Shown here: piece after piece, positions 44,705-55,580 of the stretch | Position numbering within the stretch: the first letter of the stretch is position 1 | How the letters are laid out: each line of letters opens with the position of its first letter | DNA from: Bacillota bacterium | GTDB taxonomy: Bacteria > Bacillota > DTU025 | Assembly: GCA_050951805.1 (NCBI GenBank) | Contig: JBMNJT010000008.1 | Coordinates: forward strand, 448,001 to 512,000 | Length of the DNA: 64,000 nt | Direction of reading: 5' to 3' | Program-made: the position numbers and the translations under genes | The notes under the pieces: model-generated | The model's input: only the letters and a program-made list of their open reading frames with translations | What the model was told of the DNA's origin: nothing | Databases searched by the model: none

Positions 44705-47572
44705 TCATTGGGGTGACGACTTTCGCCAGATGACCTTCACCCCGTCGATCATGGCTTCCATGTCACTGGTGAGTTTCCTATCGGTAGGAGCATCCTGAAC
44801 AAGCACCACCGAGGTCGTGCCATCAGCTAAGCCCTTCAACATTTCCAGCAGGAGTTTTGCCTCGAGGGGGTCTGTGAGTGCCGCACCGACGCCGAGAGTA
44901 TCTATGTCGACGGCATTTGTCCCTCTCAAAACTACCACTAGTTCCAGGTCATTACCTAACCGGAATTGTTCAAATTCGGCCAGAAGATCGGGCCATGGCA
45001 GCGGCAATCGCACCCCGTCAATTCTCACGATCTGTCGACCAGGGGCCGAACAGAGAAGTGTGTCAACAGCCTGACCGGCCGGTTGAGGGACGGTTGGGGC
45101 CAAGACGGCAGCTATGTTGTCAATGGCTATTCTTCCTGCTGCCTGAAGCTCGGGCTTGAACTCGACAACGTACACTTGGGAAAGGCAGAGTGGCGGAACT
45201 AGCGTTTGAGGAATGGGCGCTTCTACGACCCTCCATCCTATCCAGCTAATCCGCGGAAAATCGATGGGGGTTTCCTGTCCCAGTAAATCTTGGACTGTGG
45301 CGCGAAGCCAGTGGCCTGCACCATCCCCATATACCCACACCCGTATGGCTGATGTTTCCGAAGGCAGTGCTACGGGACTAGAAGGCCTGATGTACGCTGC
45401 GCGGGTCTGTTCCGGGCTCCTCAGATCATACTCAAGGACGATTACAGCGCCCGAGGGAGTTGCAAGATTGTCAACTTGGTCCACGGTTGGGGCGGGAAAG
45501 TCGGGTGTAGGTCCTTCCACGTTTGCAGTAGTCACGACTGACCTAACCGCTGTGGAAGATGCTGCGCCAGTCCATGAGGTGCGGCCCTCGAAATCGTCAA
45601 CTAGCGCAAGGCGGTTCATTGCCTCTTTGGTCGGCGTAGAGCCACTTGCCGCGCCCATGGGCCAGGGGTCGACGGCGCGGGCAGCCAGACGTATTTGGGC
45701 AAAGGGTAAACATCCGTCGCCGATTTCTGGAAGCTGATCCTCTTCGGGAGCTGGCGATCGTTCAGCCCTGACTGTGATCTCGAATCGGCCTGGCGCGCTG
45801 CCGAATAGGACAGCGGAGAGCCGATCCTCCGACACGGACCACAGCTCCTCTGGGAGTGGCATGCCGCGTAGATTCTTTGGGGGAATTGCCTCCCAGATGA
45901 TCTCGACGTCATCTGGGATATCGGCAGAATCCATGCGTCGTCCTAACGCGTCATACATGGTTACTGTGAAAATCGCTTTGGAATGTGTATCAAAAGAGAC
46001 TTCAGGCCCTGCGAGAAATGAGGGCGTCCCTGCAATCGCCGCTTCAATAGAGGGAAACGACCCGAGGCGTGTGCGGACAGGTTTATCAATGGCTTCAGGT
46101 GCTCCGGAGTCTCCTATGCCATTGCCTGTGCGTTCGGCTTCCACCGAAACTGAGATGAAGGCAGGGATCGGTTGTTCGAGTTTCCCCAGATCGATCTTGT
46201 CTGTATCGTCATTTGCGGGTCGTGGTGTTGTGTCCCACACACCAACCGCATATGGTACGCGCCGTTGGACGCCTCCTGAGGGGCGGTTGGCCAGAATTAC
46301 GCAGTCGGTGACCGGGTCTAGGATAGCTGCGGTGGAAGAACCGCCGCCATCGAGGTTCAGGGCCTCATGGGCGCCGAGCGAGATCATTATCTTTGCCAAT
46401 TCGTCAAGTGTGACACCCCTCGCGCCGGGCAGGCGGCCGTCGACTACTGCCATTATGAGGGTAGTGCCGTCCTCTGAGAGGCCAACGGCGGTGCGCGGGG
46501 CTGCAAGTAAAGACTGAATCCCTGTGTATTGCCACAGACCGCGAACAATGGCGCCGTCCTGGACGAGCACCGGTTTGCCAGAAAAGGCAGTCCATAAGCC
46601 GGGTGTTGCAGGCGTAAGCGACCCTTCAATGGAAACGCGGTCTCCGGGCGAAAGCGCCTGGGCAATCTGCGCTGAATATCCCCTCAAAACGACATAGAGG
46701 ACGCCATCGTACGATGGCGTCGAAGGACAAGCGTCTCCGTCGATGGTCAATCCAGCTTCGCCCGGAGTGCGGAGCCAGCCTCGGGGAGCATCGCTAGCTC
46801 CATTGCCGTCCCCTAGCGAGGAAAGCCGAGGTGTCGGCCACCCGCTCGCGCACGATTCGACGATCCCGTCGCGGATCATCAGATGCCAGACATCGGCGTT
46901 GCCTGGGTGTCTCGCCCACGACCAGTGTTGATCGTAAATTACAGCCAGGTCGGCCGGGACCGATATCTCATTCAGGCCGGCGAGGGTGATCTCGAGCCCG
47001 TTCGGACCTCTTAGGACACCTTCCCATCTCCATTGCCCGAGAAGCCCTGTGCCGTCGTCGCGGATCACAAGTGAGGCGAAGTCAGGATCTTTCCGCGGAG
47101 AGCGTATCATCTTTCCCCCCTGAGCCAGGAAGGAAAGCGGAGCGGAAGTGGCGCCGATGTCGAAAAAGTCACCATTTATCGCAGCAATCAATCCAGCCGC
47201 ATCGGCTATGGATGTCACAGCCTTCGGCGAGGTGAGTGAGCCATCTGCCAAGACGGGCCCCACAGCGATACCGGGTGAGGACAGGTTGACGCGTATTACT
47301 GACATCTGAATCCATCCGGACGAGGTCAATGACGTCCTTCGTTCGAAGGTCACGCCGTTGCCAATGGGCACTACGACAGAATCGGAGAACAGGACATCGA
47401 ATGTGCCTGTCGCGCTCTCTCCGAAAACTGACGACGAGAAAACAACGAGGCTGAGCAGCACGAGTGCAAGAACCGCAACTCGAGCCCTGGCCCGAAAGAA
47501 AATCACAGTTGGCGTTGGAATCCTTGCATGTTTTGTGGATCGAAAACATCTACAGTTTTTCTTATTTCCCAT
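44705..47572 (-). CDS. Secreted phosphodiester glycosidase (NAGPA) family protein
   Basis: Hydrophobic N-terminal segment; AAINGDFF, APRTAVG, VVDGR and ALNLDGGGS motifs; C-terminal WVYGDG.GHWLR carbohydrate-binding-like domain; start uncertain. Confidence 0.85.
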   Translation of the reverse strand: MGNKKNCRCFRSTKHARIPTPTVIFFRARARVAVLALVLLSLVVFSSSVFGESATGTFDVLFSDSVVVPIGNGVTFERRTSLTSSGWIQMSVIRVNLSSPGIAVGPVLADGSLTSPKAVTSIADAAGLIAAINGDFFDIGATSAPLSFLAQGGKMIRSPRKDPDFASLVIRDDGTGLLGQWRWEGVLRGPNGLEITLAGLNEISVPADLAVIYDQHWSWARHPGNADVWHLMIRDGIVESCASGWPTPRLSSLGDGNGASDAPRGWLRTPGEAGLTIDGDACPSTPSYDGVLYVVLRGYSAQIAQALSPGDRVSIEGSLTPATPGLWTAFSGKPVLVQDGAIVRGLWQYTGIQSLLAAPRTAVGLSEDGTTLIMAVVDGRLPGARGVTLDELAKIMISLGAHEALNLDGGGSSTAAILDPVTDCVILANRPSGGVQRRVPYAVGVWDTTPRPANDDTDKIDLGKLEQPIPAFISVSVEAERTGNGIGDSGAPEAIDKPVRTRLGSFPSIEAAIAGTPSFLAGPEVSFDTHSKAIFTVTMYDALGRRMDSADIPDDVEIIWEAIPPKNLRGMPLPEELWSVSEDRLSAVLFGSAPGRFEITVRAERSPAPEEDQLPEIGDGCLPFAQIRLAARAVDPWPMGAASGSTPTKEAMNRLALVDDFEGRTSWTGAASSTAVRSVVTTANVEGPTPDFPAPTVDQVDNLATPSGAVIVLEYDLRSPEQTRAAYIRPSSPVALPSETSAIRVWVYGDGAGHWLRATVQDLLGQETPIDFPRISWIGWRVVEAPIPQTLVPPLCLSQVYVVEFKPELQAAGRIAIDNIAAVLAPTVPQPAGQAVDTLLCSAPGRQIVRIDGVRLPLPWPDLLAEFEQFRLGNDLELVVVLRGTNAVDIDTLGVGAALTDPLEAKLLLEMLKGLADGTTSVVLVQDAPTDRKLTSDMEAMIDGVKVIWRKSSPQ

Positions 47573-47726
47573 AAAGTTGTCCATTCCCTTGCCCGGCAGT
47601 TGCACCGGCAGCTGAGCAACTCAAGAACAGTGTTTCAACGCTGCAGAGCTGAGTCATGGACCTCAGACAACGCAGAGATCGAGCGAGAGTTGCGAGATAA
47701 GCCAACCGCGCTGGACGGGCTGTATT

Positions 47727-48491
47727 TCAGTCAGAGAACTTCGCGGGTCTGCGTTCTAGGAATGCAGACATTCCCTCCTTCGGATGGTCAGTTGCGAAAC
47801 ATTGTCCGAACCGCTGGGCTTCCCGGGCGAGTGCCTCATCATCAGGGAACAACAGGCGTTTCGCATATCCTATGGCCACATGGCTTTTGGTGGCCATTTC
47901 CCGGGCTAACTCTTCCGCCCTTGGAAGAAGGGATTCCAGAGTCATCACTTCAGACACGAGGCCCATTTCGTACGCCTCCCGGGCGGAAACGTGTCTACCT
48001 GTGAGTATCATGTAGGCGGCGCGGGAACGTCCGATGGCCAGGGGAAGGCGTACAGTGCCGCCAAATCCAGGTATGATCCCGAGGCCCACCTCGGGCTGGC
48101 CGAAGCGGGCATTTTCCGAGGCCAACCGGATATCACACGCGAGCGCGAGCTCGCAGCCTCCTCCGAGGGCATACCCGTTCACTGCGGCTATGGTTGGAAT
48201 CGGCAACCGTTCGATAGCGCTGAATACCCTCTGGCCATGCCGGGAGAAGGCGACGGCCTCGTCAGGAGTAAGGCTTGCCATCTCTTGGATATCTGCACCA
48301 GCTACAAACGCTTTGCTGCCTTCTCCGGTGACGATCAGGGCACGGCACGCACGATTCTCTCCAACCTCTTCGATTGCCGAAGCAAGTTCAGCCAGAACTG
48401 TATTGTTTAGGGCGTTGAGCGCCGTTGGGCGGGATATGGTGATCGTTGCCACACAATCGTCGAACTGAAGTTTGACACAGTCTTTGCTCAA
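47727..48491 (-). CDS. crt: Enoyl-CoA hydratase / crotonase
   Basis: AFVAGADI, ALGGGCELA, FGQPEV.LG.IPG.GG. Confidence 0.9.
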   Translation of the reverse strand: MSKDCVKLQFDDCVATITISRPTALNALNNTVLAELASAIEEVGENRACRALIVTGEGSKAFVAGADIQEMASLTPDEAVAFSRHGQRVFSAIERLPIPTIAAVNGYALGGGCELALACDIRLASENARFGQPEVGLGIIPGFGGTVRLPLAIGRSRAAYMILTGRHVSAREAYEMGLVSEVMTLESLLPRAEELAREMATKSHVAIGYAKRLLFPDDEALAREAQRFGQCFATDHPKEGMSAFLERRPAKFSD

Positions 48492-48520
48492 GGTTTGCCA
48501 CCTCCTAGCGAAGATTTGAA

Positions 48521-49372
48521 TCAGGAGTATTCATAGAATCCTCGGCCTGATTTGCGTCCAAGTCTGCCAGCGGCCACCATCCTCCGCAGGAGCGGGCAGG
48601 GCCTGTACTTGGGATCCCCGGTCTCTTGGAACATGACTTCGAGTATGGACAGAACCGTATCGAGACCGATCAGATCCCCGAGGGCCAGCGGGCCCATGGG
48701 ATGATTGAGCCCCAGCTTTGCGCAGGCGTCTATGCCCTCGGCATCTGATATGCCCTCCGAAAGTGCGAATATGGCTTCATTTATCATCGGAATGGCCATC
48801 CTGTTGACTATGAAGGCAGGCGAATCCGCGACAACAACAGGTTCTTTGCCCATTCTCCTGGCGAGGTCGACGATGATTTCACATGTTTCATCTGAGGTCG
48901 CGAGGCCGCGTACAACCTCCACGAGCTGCATCACAGGGACGGGATTCATGAAGTGCATTCCGATGAAACGATCGGGGCGCCCCGAATCACGGGCCAGGGA
49001 CGTTATGGATACTGAGGACGTGTTGGAGGCGAATATTGCTTCTGGAGGGCATATCGACGCCAGTTCCGCGAAGAGCTTGGATTTGACCTTTGGATCTTCA
49101 ACGATTGCTTCGATCACCAGGTCTACATCGCCGCCTGCTGAGTAGTCCGGTACGCAATTGATCCTCGATACTGTGTCCTCTTTGTCTTCCTCAGTCAGGC
49201 GTCCTTTTTCGACCTGTCGGTTGAGGCTTTTGAGTATGCGGTCTACGCCTTTGCGAGCATAGTCTACTGATAGATCGGCTAGGGACACCTCGAGGCCGGC
49301 CTCGGCTGCGACCTGCGCGATCCCGGAGCCCATTTGACCTGCGCCCACCACGAGAATTCTGTCGATGGACAA
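48521..49372 (-). CDS. hbd: 3-hydroxybutyryl-CoA dehydrogenase
   Basis: GAGQMGSGIA, SNTSS, GMHFMNP, HPMGPL.L.D.IGLD. Confidence 0.93.
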   Translation of the reverse strand: MSIDRILVVGAGQMGSGIAQVAAEAGLEVSLADLSVDYARKGVDRILKSLNRQVEKGRLTEEDKEDTVSRINCVPDYSAGGDVDLVIEAIVEDPKVKSKLFAELASICPPEAIFASNTSSVSITSLARDSGRPDRFIGMHFMNPVPVMQLVEVVRGLATSDETCEIIVDLARRMGKEPVVVADSPAFIVNRMAIPMINEAIFALSEGISDAEGIDACAKLGLNHPMGPLALGDLIGLDTVLSILEVMFQETGDPKYRPCPLLRRMVAAGRLGRKSGRGFYEYS

Positions 49373-49560
49373 GAAACAATCACCCTTTCATCCGCGACAC
49401 TCTGTTGCAAGCCAATTGCAGAGGTCGGAGATAGTTGATCCACACTAACGATTATTACTTCTATAGCCCCTCTTTTGACTCCTTCTCTGCTCCTCTGGCA
49501 GGAGAAGAGGAAAGGTTGATGAAATAGTCAATCACCCGAGGAATGCTGGGAGGGAGCTTC

Positions 49561-51153
49561 TTGAAGAGGTACTTGTTCACGGGAGGCAAAGTATACACTG
49601 CATCTGCACGTCAACCATTTTGTCCGGCTCTGGCTTGTGTAGGAAAGCGGATAATCGCTGTTGGTTCTGAATCGAATGTGCTGTCGATGACAGATGACAC
49701 TTTCGAGAGGATTGACCTTCGAGGCAAGGTCCTGATTCCTGCTTTCATTGATTCTCATATACATTTCAAGTTCTACTCGATGTGCCAGACCTCAGCAAAT
49801 CTTGAGGGGGCACGCGATCCCCATGATGCCGCTCTTCGCATCAGCAAGGCCATGGAAGGCATTAGGCCCGGTGCGTGGGTGCTAGGATGGGGATGGAACA
49901 AGAATGAGTGGACGCAAGGGAGACTGCCGGACCGCTCATATCTCGACTCCATTTGCCCTAGAAACCCAGTGGCCCTTTTCAGTAAGGATCTACATGCTCT
50001 CTGGGTGAATACCATGGCATTGCGTCTTGCAGGCATAGGTCTTGACACTCCTAATCCTGAGGGCGGCGAGATAGTCAGGGATGAAGATTCGAGGCAAGCT
50101 ACGGGGGTTCTCAAGGAATCAGCTGTGGAGCTCGTGACTAGAGTAATTCCAGAGCCAACATTCGATGCAGTTGTCTTGGCTATGCAAAAAGGACAGTCGG
50201 AACTTCATAAGCTGGGAATTGCAGGGATCTGCAACATGGAGGATGCTCTGGCATTCGAGGCTTTGCAGGCGATGAGGAGTTCGGGGCGATTGAAGCTCCG
50301 CGTTACGCAGGCTATCCCCAAGCAAAACTTGGACGATGCGATCGACTTGGGGCTTGGAACTGGTTTTGGGGATGAGTGGCTGAGGGTGGGGCCGGTGAAA
50401 CTCTTTGCTGACGGAGCATTGGGTTCTCAAACTGCACACCTCCTCAGGCCTTACGAAGGCAACAGGGAGAATGTAGGCATTGCTGTGACTCCAAAGGAAG
50501 AACTGGCTGAGCTGGTCGGTCGTGCTGTTCTTGCAGGCTTGTCCTGTGCAGTCCATGCCATCGGCGACCGCGCTAACAGGGATGTGCTCGATATTTTCGA
50601 GAGCGTGAAAGAGGAGAGCGCTGCGCGCCATCTGCACCATAGAATAGAGCATGCACAGCTTCTGCATCCCGAAGACGTTCGCAGGTTTGCCAATCTCGGG
50701 GTAGCAGCCTCGATGCAGCCGGTTCATATACTCACTGACATTCCCGTAGCCGAGAAGTATTGGGGCAGGAGGAGTAGGTGGGCTTATGCCTTCCGCAGCC
50801 TGACAAAGGCCGGAACGCCACTTGCCTTCGGCTCCGACGCGCCGGTTGAGACTCCTGACCCCATCCGCGGCATATACGCCGCCGTCGCCAGAAGAGGGCT
50901 GGACGGGACGCCAGATTCAGGATGGTATCCTGAGGAGAGGCTAACAGTGGAAGAAGCCATTAGGGCCTACTCTGTTGGCTCGGCGATGGCTTCGGGCGAG
51001 CGAATGGGAGCTGGGGTTCTGGTTCCGGGATCATATGCCGACATTGCTATATTGTCAAAAGACATATTCTCAATTCCTTCGTCCGATATCCTCGATGTGC
51101 GCGTGGTCGGCACCATGGTGGGAGGGGAATTTGTTTACAGAGACTCCATCTAG
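49561..51153 (+). CDS. Metal-dependent amidohydrolase (amidohydrolase_3 / YtcJ-like)
   Basis: PAFIDSHIH, KLFADG.LG, HAIGD, RIEHAQ, GSDAPV. Confidence 0.9.
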   Translation: MKRYLFTGGKVYTASARQPFCPALACVGKRIIAVGSESNVLSMTDDTFERIDLRGKVLIPAFIDSHIHFKFYSMCQTSANLEGARDPHDAALRISKAMEGIRPGAWVLGWGWNKNEWTQGRLPDRSYLDSICPRNPVALFSKDLHALWVNTMALRLAGIGLDTPNPEGGEIVRDEDSRQATGVLKESAVELVTRVIPEPTFDAVVLAMQKGQSELHKLGIAGICNMEDALAFEALQAMRSSGRLKLRVTQAIPKQNLDDAIDLGLGTGFGDEWLRVGPVKLFADGALGSQTAHLLRPYEGNRENVGIAVTPKEELAELVGRAVLAGLSCAVHAIGDRANRDVLDIFESVKEESAARHLHHRIEHAQLLHPEDVRRFANLGVAASMQPVHILTDIPVAEKYWGRRSRWAYAFRSLTKAGTPLAFGSDAPVETPDPIRGIYAAVARRGLDGTPDSGWYPEERLTVEEAIRAYSVGSAMASGERMGAGVLVPGSYADIAILSKDIFSIPSSDILDVRVVGTMVGGEFVYRDSI

Positions 51154-51318
51154 GCAAGCATCTGGGCGCTGCCATACGAGGCATTGGCGTGGCTGAGCGG
51201 ATAGCGAGGAATGGGCATGGCCCGGAGGCGAAATGGAGAGTGTGTCAACATTGGGACCGGTCTGGATGTACGTTGTTTGGGCCAGGCCGCAACTATGACC
51301 GTTCAAGGGGAGATTGGT

Positions 51319-52029
51319 TTGAAGAAAAGGGTTTTGCTGGCTTTGATATGCTTGACTTCAGTGTGCGTGCTATGCGTTGGGCCATCGGAAGCTCAAACAG
51401 TACGGCCGATGGAACCAATTCCAGTCAGTTTGGCTCCTGGAGAATATGAAGTAGTCAAGACAGAATACAGGATCCACGCGGGTATGTACGTGTCGTTCCG
51501 ACGGGTGATCGGAAAGGCTGTTACTGATTCGAAGTGGCAGGTGACTGTCCAATCGTCCGAATACCCCAAGTGGGTGGAGATAGGATGGGTATGGCCTAGA
51601 TCGGACGGCACCGCGCCTACCCCAACTGTGAGGAAGTTGACAGGGCTTGAACGTGGCCGCACATTCGGACCATTGTACGGAGGCAATGATCCCGAGGAAA
51701 CGGATTGGACTGCGCCGTGGCTATCACGGGAAGTCTTGCGTGAACTTCGCACGGGAAGAGTTGCCTACAACTTCAAAATGGGGACTTTTAGCCTGACCGG
51801 AGTTTTGGCGGATGATCTCCGTGTTGAGGAAGAGGTGTTGTATCCCATCGATCTCAACGGCAGACGGGTCTATCTTCCGGCGTATAAATGCGCCAAGGGG
51901 CAGATCGTGGTCTGGAATAACATCGAGAATCCCCTGGTATTGGAGTACAAGCCCTTCGGGATTCCTCTGATAACCGGAGTGTTTGGCTGGAAGGCAGAGG
52001 CCATCTCTGTCCGGGGTGGGCAGCTGTAG
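51319..52029 (+). CDS. Hypothetical secreted protein
   Basis: TTG start after GGGGAG; KKR plus hydrophobic signal peptide ending SEA; no recognised domain. Confidence 0.7.
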   Translation: MKKRVLLALICLTSVCVLCVGPSEAQTVRPMEPIPVSLAPGEYEVVKTEYRIHAGMYVSFRRVIGKAVTDSKWQVTVQSSEYPKWVEIGWVWPRSDGTAPTPTVRKLTGLERGRTFGPLYGGNDPEETDWTAPWLSREVLRELRTGRVAYNFKMGTFSLTGVLADDLRVEEEVLYPIDLNGRRVYLPAYKCAKGQIVVWNNIENPLVLEYKPFGIPLITGVFGWKAEAISVRGGQL

Positions 52030-52185
52030 CAAGTAGCCAATTCGGGAGCACATGGATTTGGCCAACTGCTAATCAATTGCTAGACAGACGTGTTCTGGGC
52101 GAGAGCTTTTCCGGCCCCTGTTGGTGTCAGGTTGCCTCTGCATACAGCATCTGGGCTTTTCAAGGAACGTTTGAAGGCGCGAGGT

Positions 52186-53440
52186 ATGTGGAGATAATCG
52201 CAGATTCACGGATTAGGTAAGACATTTGCTGCGAAGCAGAAAGAGCCGGGAATTGCGGGAAGTGTGAAGGCCGTTTTATCCCCGCGTTTCAAGGACGTTG
52301 AAGCGGTTAGGAACGTGTCGTTCTCAATCGATGAGGGAGAGGCAATTGCATTTATAGGGGCCAATGGCGCAGGAAAGTCAACAAAGGTGTTGCTTCATCC
52401 CACAACTGGAGAGGCGGTCGTTCTGGGGATAGTCCCGTGGCGCGATAGGCAACAGATTTAAAGAAGGATCGGCACAGTCTTTAGACAGAGGTATCAGCTT
52501 TAGTATCATCTCCTGCCCCGCGATAGCTTTGATCTTCTGCTGGTATCCACGATATGTCGCAAGGCGTTTTTCGTGCGCGTATGGGGATGCTTGCGGACAT
52601 ATTCGAGCTGGGCGAAGTGATGTCGACTCCGCTTCTTTCTGGATGAACTCACCATAGGCTTGGATGTGGTGGCCGAAAGTGATCCGCGTTATGAACCGCG
52701 AGGAAGGCGTGACTGTATTCCTCACTTCCCACGATGTCGGCGACATGGAGAGACTGTGTTGCTCGGGGTACACGGTTGTGACCGAAGAGATCATGCTGGC
52801 AAGATCCAGGATGGTGAAGGCCCGTTCCATTGCGTACTTGACAGGCAGGCCTTGCCACTACGTCTTGCTCAAGCTCTCACCCTTTGCCTACGTGCGCGCC
52901 AGTGCGGCTTTTCTAAGAGGTACGACGCCTTATTACTCCTACGAGTTGGTGGAGCCCAGGTCGGGTGGGTCGGCGTTATGGCTGTGCTCACTTTCATCCT
53001 TTACGGCTTGGGGGTGAAGCGGAACAATGTCAATAGAGGCTAGGACTGCTCCGCGAAAGGCGAGGGGGAGTGGTTGGGACGGCTAGTCTCATGAGGCGGC
53101 AAGTCTTGCAGCGGCGGCTGTTTACGCCAGCTTTGCAACTTTCGCTGGCAGCCTCGCTTTTTTTTATATGAAATGCCCAGACTGTCAGCGTCCAGATGCC
53201 CCAGGCAATGATCACCTTCTCCGGATACCCTGGGTCACTGTTTGAAGTCGCTGTCCGGACATTGTGATAACCAGTAGGCTTTTTGCATACGTCCCCGTTG
53301 AGCTTCTCGGCAATTTGAGTTGGCCGCTTCTTGCGGGACTGATTGCCTTTGCAGCGGGCAGCGCTGTAGCAGCAAAGGTATTGTTTCAAACAGGACTGCG
53401 CCGCTACGAGTCAGGCAATCTGATGTCGATTAGGTCATGA
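52186..53440 (+). pseudogene. Collapsed ABC-2 type exporter operon (ATPase plus two permease remnants)
   Basis: Fragments in shifting frames: IGANGAGKST, LDELTIGLD, TSHDVGDME, permease tails ...GVKRNNVNRG* and ...GLRRYESGN; stops, frameshifts and large deletions. Confidence 0.85.
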
Positions 53441-53573
53441 CTTCCGTTGGGGGTACTGTTGCCTCGTTCGCCTGTGCGCAAGTCGGCCGCGCCTTTTGAA
53501 TGGACGTCATGACCTGCCAGTATCATTTTGCTCGGGCTATGGCTACCTACCGACTTGGTTGAATCACAGGGCC

Positions 53574-54800
53574 TTATCCCAAGGCGTCTTTCGCCAGGCC
53601 TGCAACCAAGGCGAGGGCTTCGGGAATTCCGTCAGGGTTTTTCCCGCCGCCCTGAGCATAAGCAGGTGAGCCGCCACCTTTGCCATCTATGGCAGGGAGT
53701 GCTTGTTGGAGAAGCTCCGACATGTCGAGGGGGATGTCGTTTGACCTGGCGAAGACCAAATTGGCTGACTCCCCATTGACACAGCCCAAGAAGGCGGCGA
53801 CTTTCGGCTTGCAGGAGATCTTCTGCGCTACCGCCCGGACGGATTCAATGTCCTGTCTCTGGCTCATGAGCGCGATCACTCTCACGCCAGATGGGTTCAG
53901 AGGCACGGCGGCGGAGTATATCTCTTCCGCTTCATAGTCGCGGAGCCTATCTAGGGCCTCTTCTAGACCTCGTCGCCCTTGGCGGATCTGGTTTTGGAGG
54001 CGGAGCATCGCCTCTGGCAGTTCTTTTCCGTGAATTGAAAGCTGAGATGCGGCGAGGTGCACCACATCATTTTTCCAACGGTAGTCGGCCAGGGCTCTCC
54101 GGCCGCAGACGAACTCGACACGGGTAACGCTTCGAATGCGTTCGATGCCGATTATCTTTATCAGACCGACCTCGCCGGTGGCCCGGACGTGCGTGCCGCA
54201 ACACGCATTGATATCAAAACCGTCGATCTCGACGAGTCGAATGTTCTCGGCGTTATTGGGAAGTTTGCGGAGGTATGATTCATCTACATCGCAGGGCTTT
54301 CGGAACGTGGTCGTGACTGGCCTGTTTTGGAACACCACCTCGCATGCGAGCATTTCAGCTGCAGCCGCCTGATCATTGCTGATTTCGCATATGGGAAGGT
54401 CTATAGTTGCGGTCTCGTCGCCGAGGTGAAATCCGACGGTATCGAGGCCAAACAGGTTGGCGAATGCTGCCGAGAGAATGTGCTGGCCTGTATGTTGCTG
54501 CATGTGATCGAACCTGCGCTCGATGTCCACTCGCCCGTCTGCGAGGCCGAGTGGTACTGATCCAACTGTGAGGTGAATTATCTCTCCGTCCCGCTCTACT
54601 ACATCGACTACGTCGGCGCCGGCCAGGATCCCGCGGTCTGAAGGTTGTCCGCCGGAGTTGGGGTAGAATGCGGTGACGTCGGTGACTGCCTCATACAGAG
54701 GGGTGGGGGAGGAATTGCGAGTTGAGGGCTCGCAGCGGAGGATATTGCATTGGAAATCGCTAAGATAAGGATCATCATAGTATAACCTTGTTGTAGGCAC
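53574..54800 (-). CDS. AlaX-type alanyl-tRNA editing protein with DHHA1 domain
   Basis: GGQPSD, HMQQHTGQH, CCGTHV, GKGGG..AQGG; GTG start after GAGGAGG. Confidence 0.9.
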   Translation of the reverse strand: MPTTRLYYDDPYLSDFQCNILRCEPSTRNSSPTPLYEAVTDVTAFYPNSGGQPSDRGILAGADVVDVVERDGEIIHLTVGSVPLGLADGRVDIERRFDHMQQHTGQHILSAAFANLFGLDTVGFHLGDETATIDLPICEISNDQAAAAEMLACEVVFQNRPVTTTFRKPCDVDESYLRKLPNNAENIRLVEIDGFDINACCGTHVRATGEVGLIKIIGIERIRSVTRVEFVCGRRALADYRWKNDVVHLAASQLSIHGKELPEAMLRLQNQIRQGRRGLEEALDRLRDYEAEEIYSAAVPLNPSGVRVIALMSQRQDIESVRAVAQKISCKPKVAAFLGCVNGESANLVFARSNDIPLDMSELLQQALPAIDGKGGGSPAYAQGGGKNPDGIPEALALVAGLAKDALG

Positions 54801-54899
54801 CTGAAGAATTCGCCTCCTCAAGCTCTGATGAGCTCCGGTTGCAGATGATTACTTCTACTGCCGAGCTCGATTCCCTTTTATCTGGTCGAAGGAGTGGTG

Positions 54900-55580
54900 A
54901 TGATGGCACGTGAGTATCTTGCCCTTCGGGATGAGGGCCGAGCGGAGCTAATCGTAAAAAAAAGCAGGTTCATCGCTACGGCACGTCCTGTGGACAGCGA
55001 GGACGCGGCCCGAGACTTTATAGATTCGATCCGTAAGGAGTTTTGGGATGCTACTCACAATGTATACGCCTTTACTGTCGGAGAGAACGACGAGGTGGTT
55101 CGGTCGAGCGATGATGGCGAGCCTGCCGGAACGGCCGGGAGGCCCGTGTTGGAGGTCATCCGGCGAGAGAAGATAAAGTACTGCGCAGTCGTTGTAACCC
55201 GCTATTTCGGCGGCACGCTTCTCGGGGCGGGCGGGCTTGTGAGGGCTTATTCGTCCGCCGCTAGGGATGGGTTGCATGCAGCCGGCATCGTAAGGGTCAG
55301 GCTTTTACAGAAGGTTCGGTTCGTCATAGACTACGTGGCTTTGGGCAGAGTCCAGAATTACTTGGCGGAAGCCGGGTATGAGATGGATGATGTGGAATAT
55401 GCGGATCGGGTTGCGATGACGGTTATGGTTCCGTCGTCGGAACTGGATCTGTTTGAAGCTAGGATGATGGACTTGCTTGCGGGCGACTTCAACCCTGAGG
55501 TGGGGGAGGAGGTCGTAGGGTTTGCTGATGTGAAGGAGGGAGAGGGTTTGGGCGGGGAGGACGGGACGGGAGAAGAGTAG
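54900..55580 (+). CDS. YigZ/IMPACT family protein
   Basis: KKSRFIA, ATHN.YAF, DDGEP.GTAG, VTRYFGG.LLG.GGL. Confidence 0.92.
   Translation: MMAREYLALRDEGRAELIVKKSRFIATARPVDSEDAARDFIDSIRKEFWDATHNVYAFTVGENDEVVRSSDDGEPAGTAGRPVLEVIRREKIKYCAVVVTRYFGGTLLGAGGLVRAYSSAARDGLHAAGIVRVRLLQKVRFVIDYVALGRVQNYLAEAGYEMDDVEYADRVAMTVMVPSSELDLFEARMMDLLAGDFNPEVGEEVVGFADVKEGEGLGGEDGTGEE

Noticed and set aside
55538-55570. G-quadruplex-like GGGAGAGGGTTTGGGCGGGG at the end of yigZ
   Set aside because: Explained by Gly/Glu codons of an acidic tail; no independent evidence of function.
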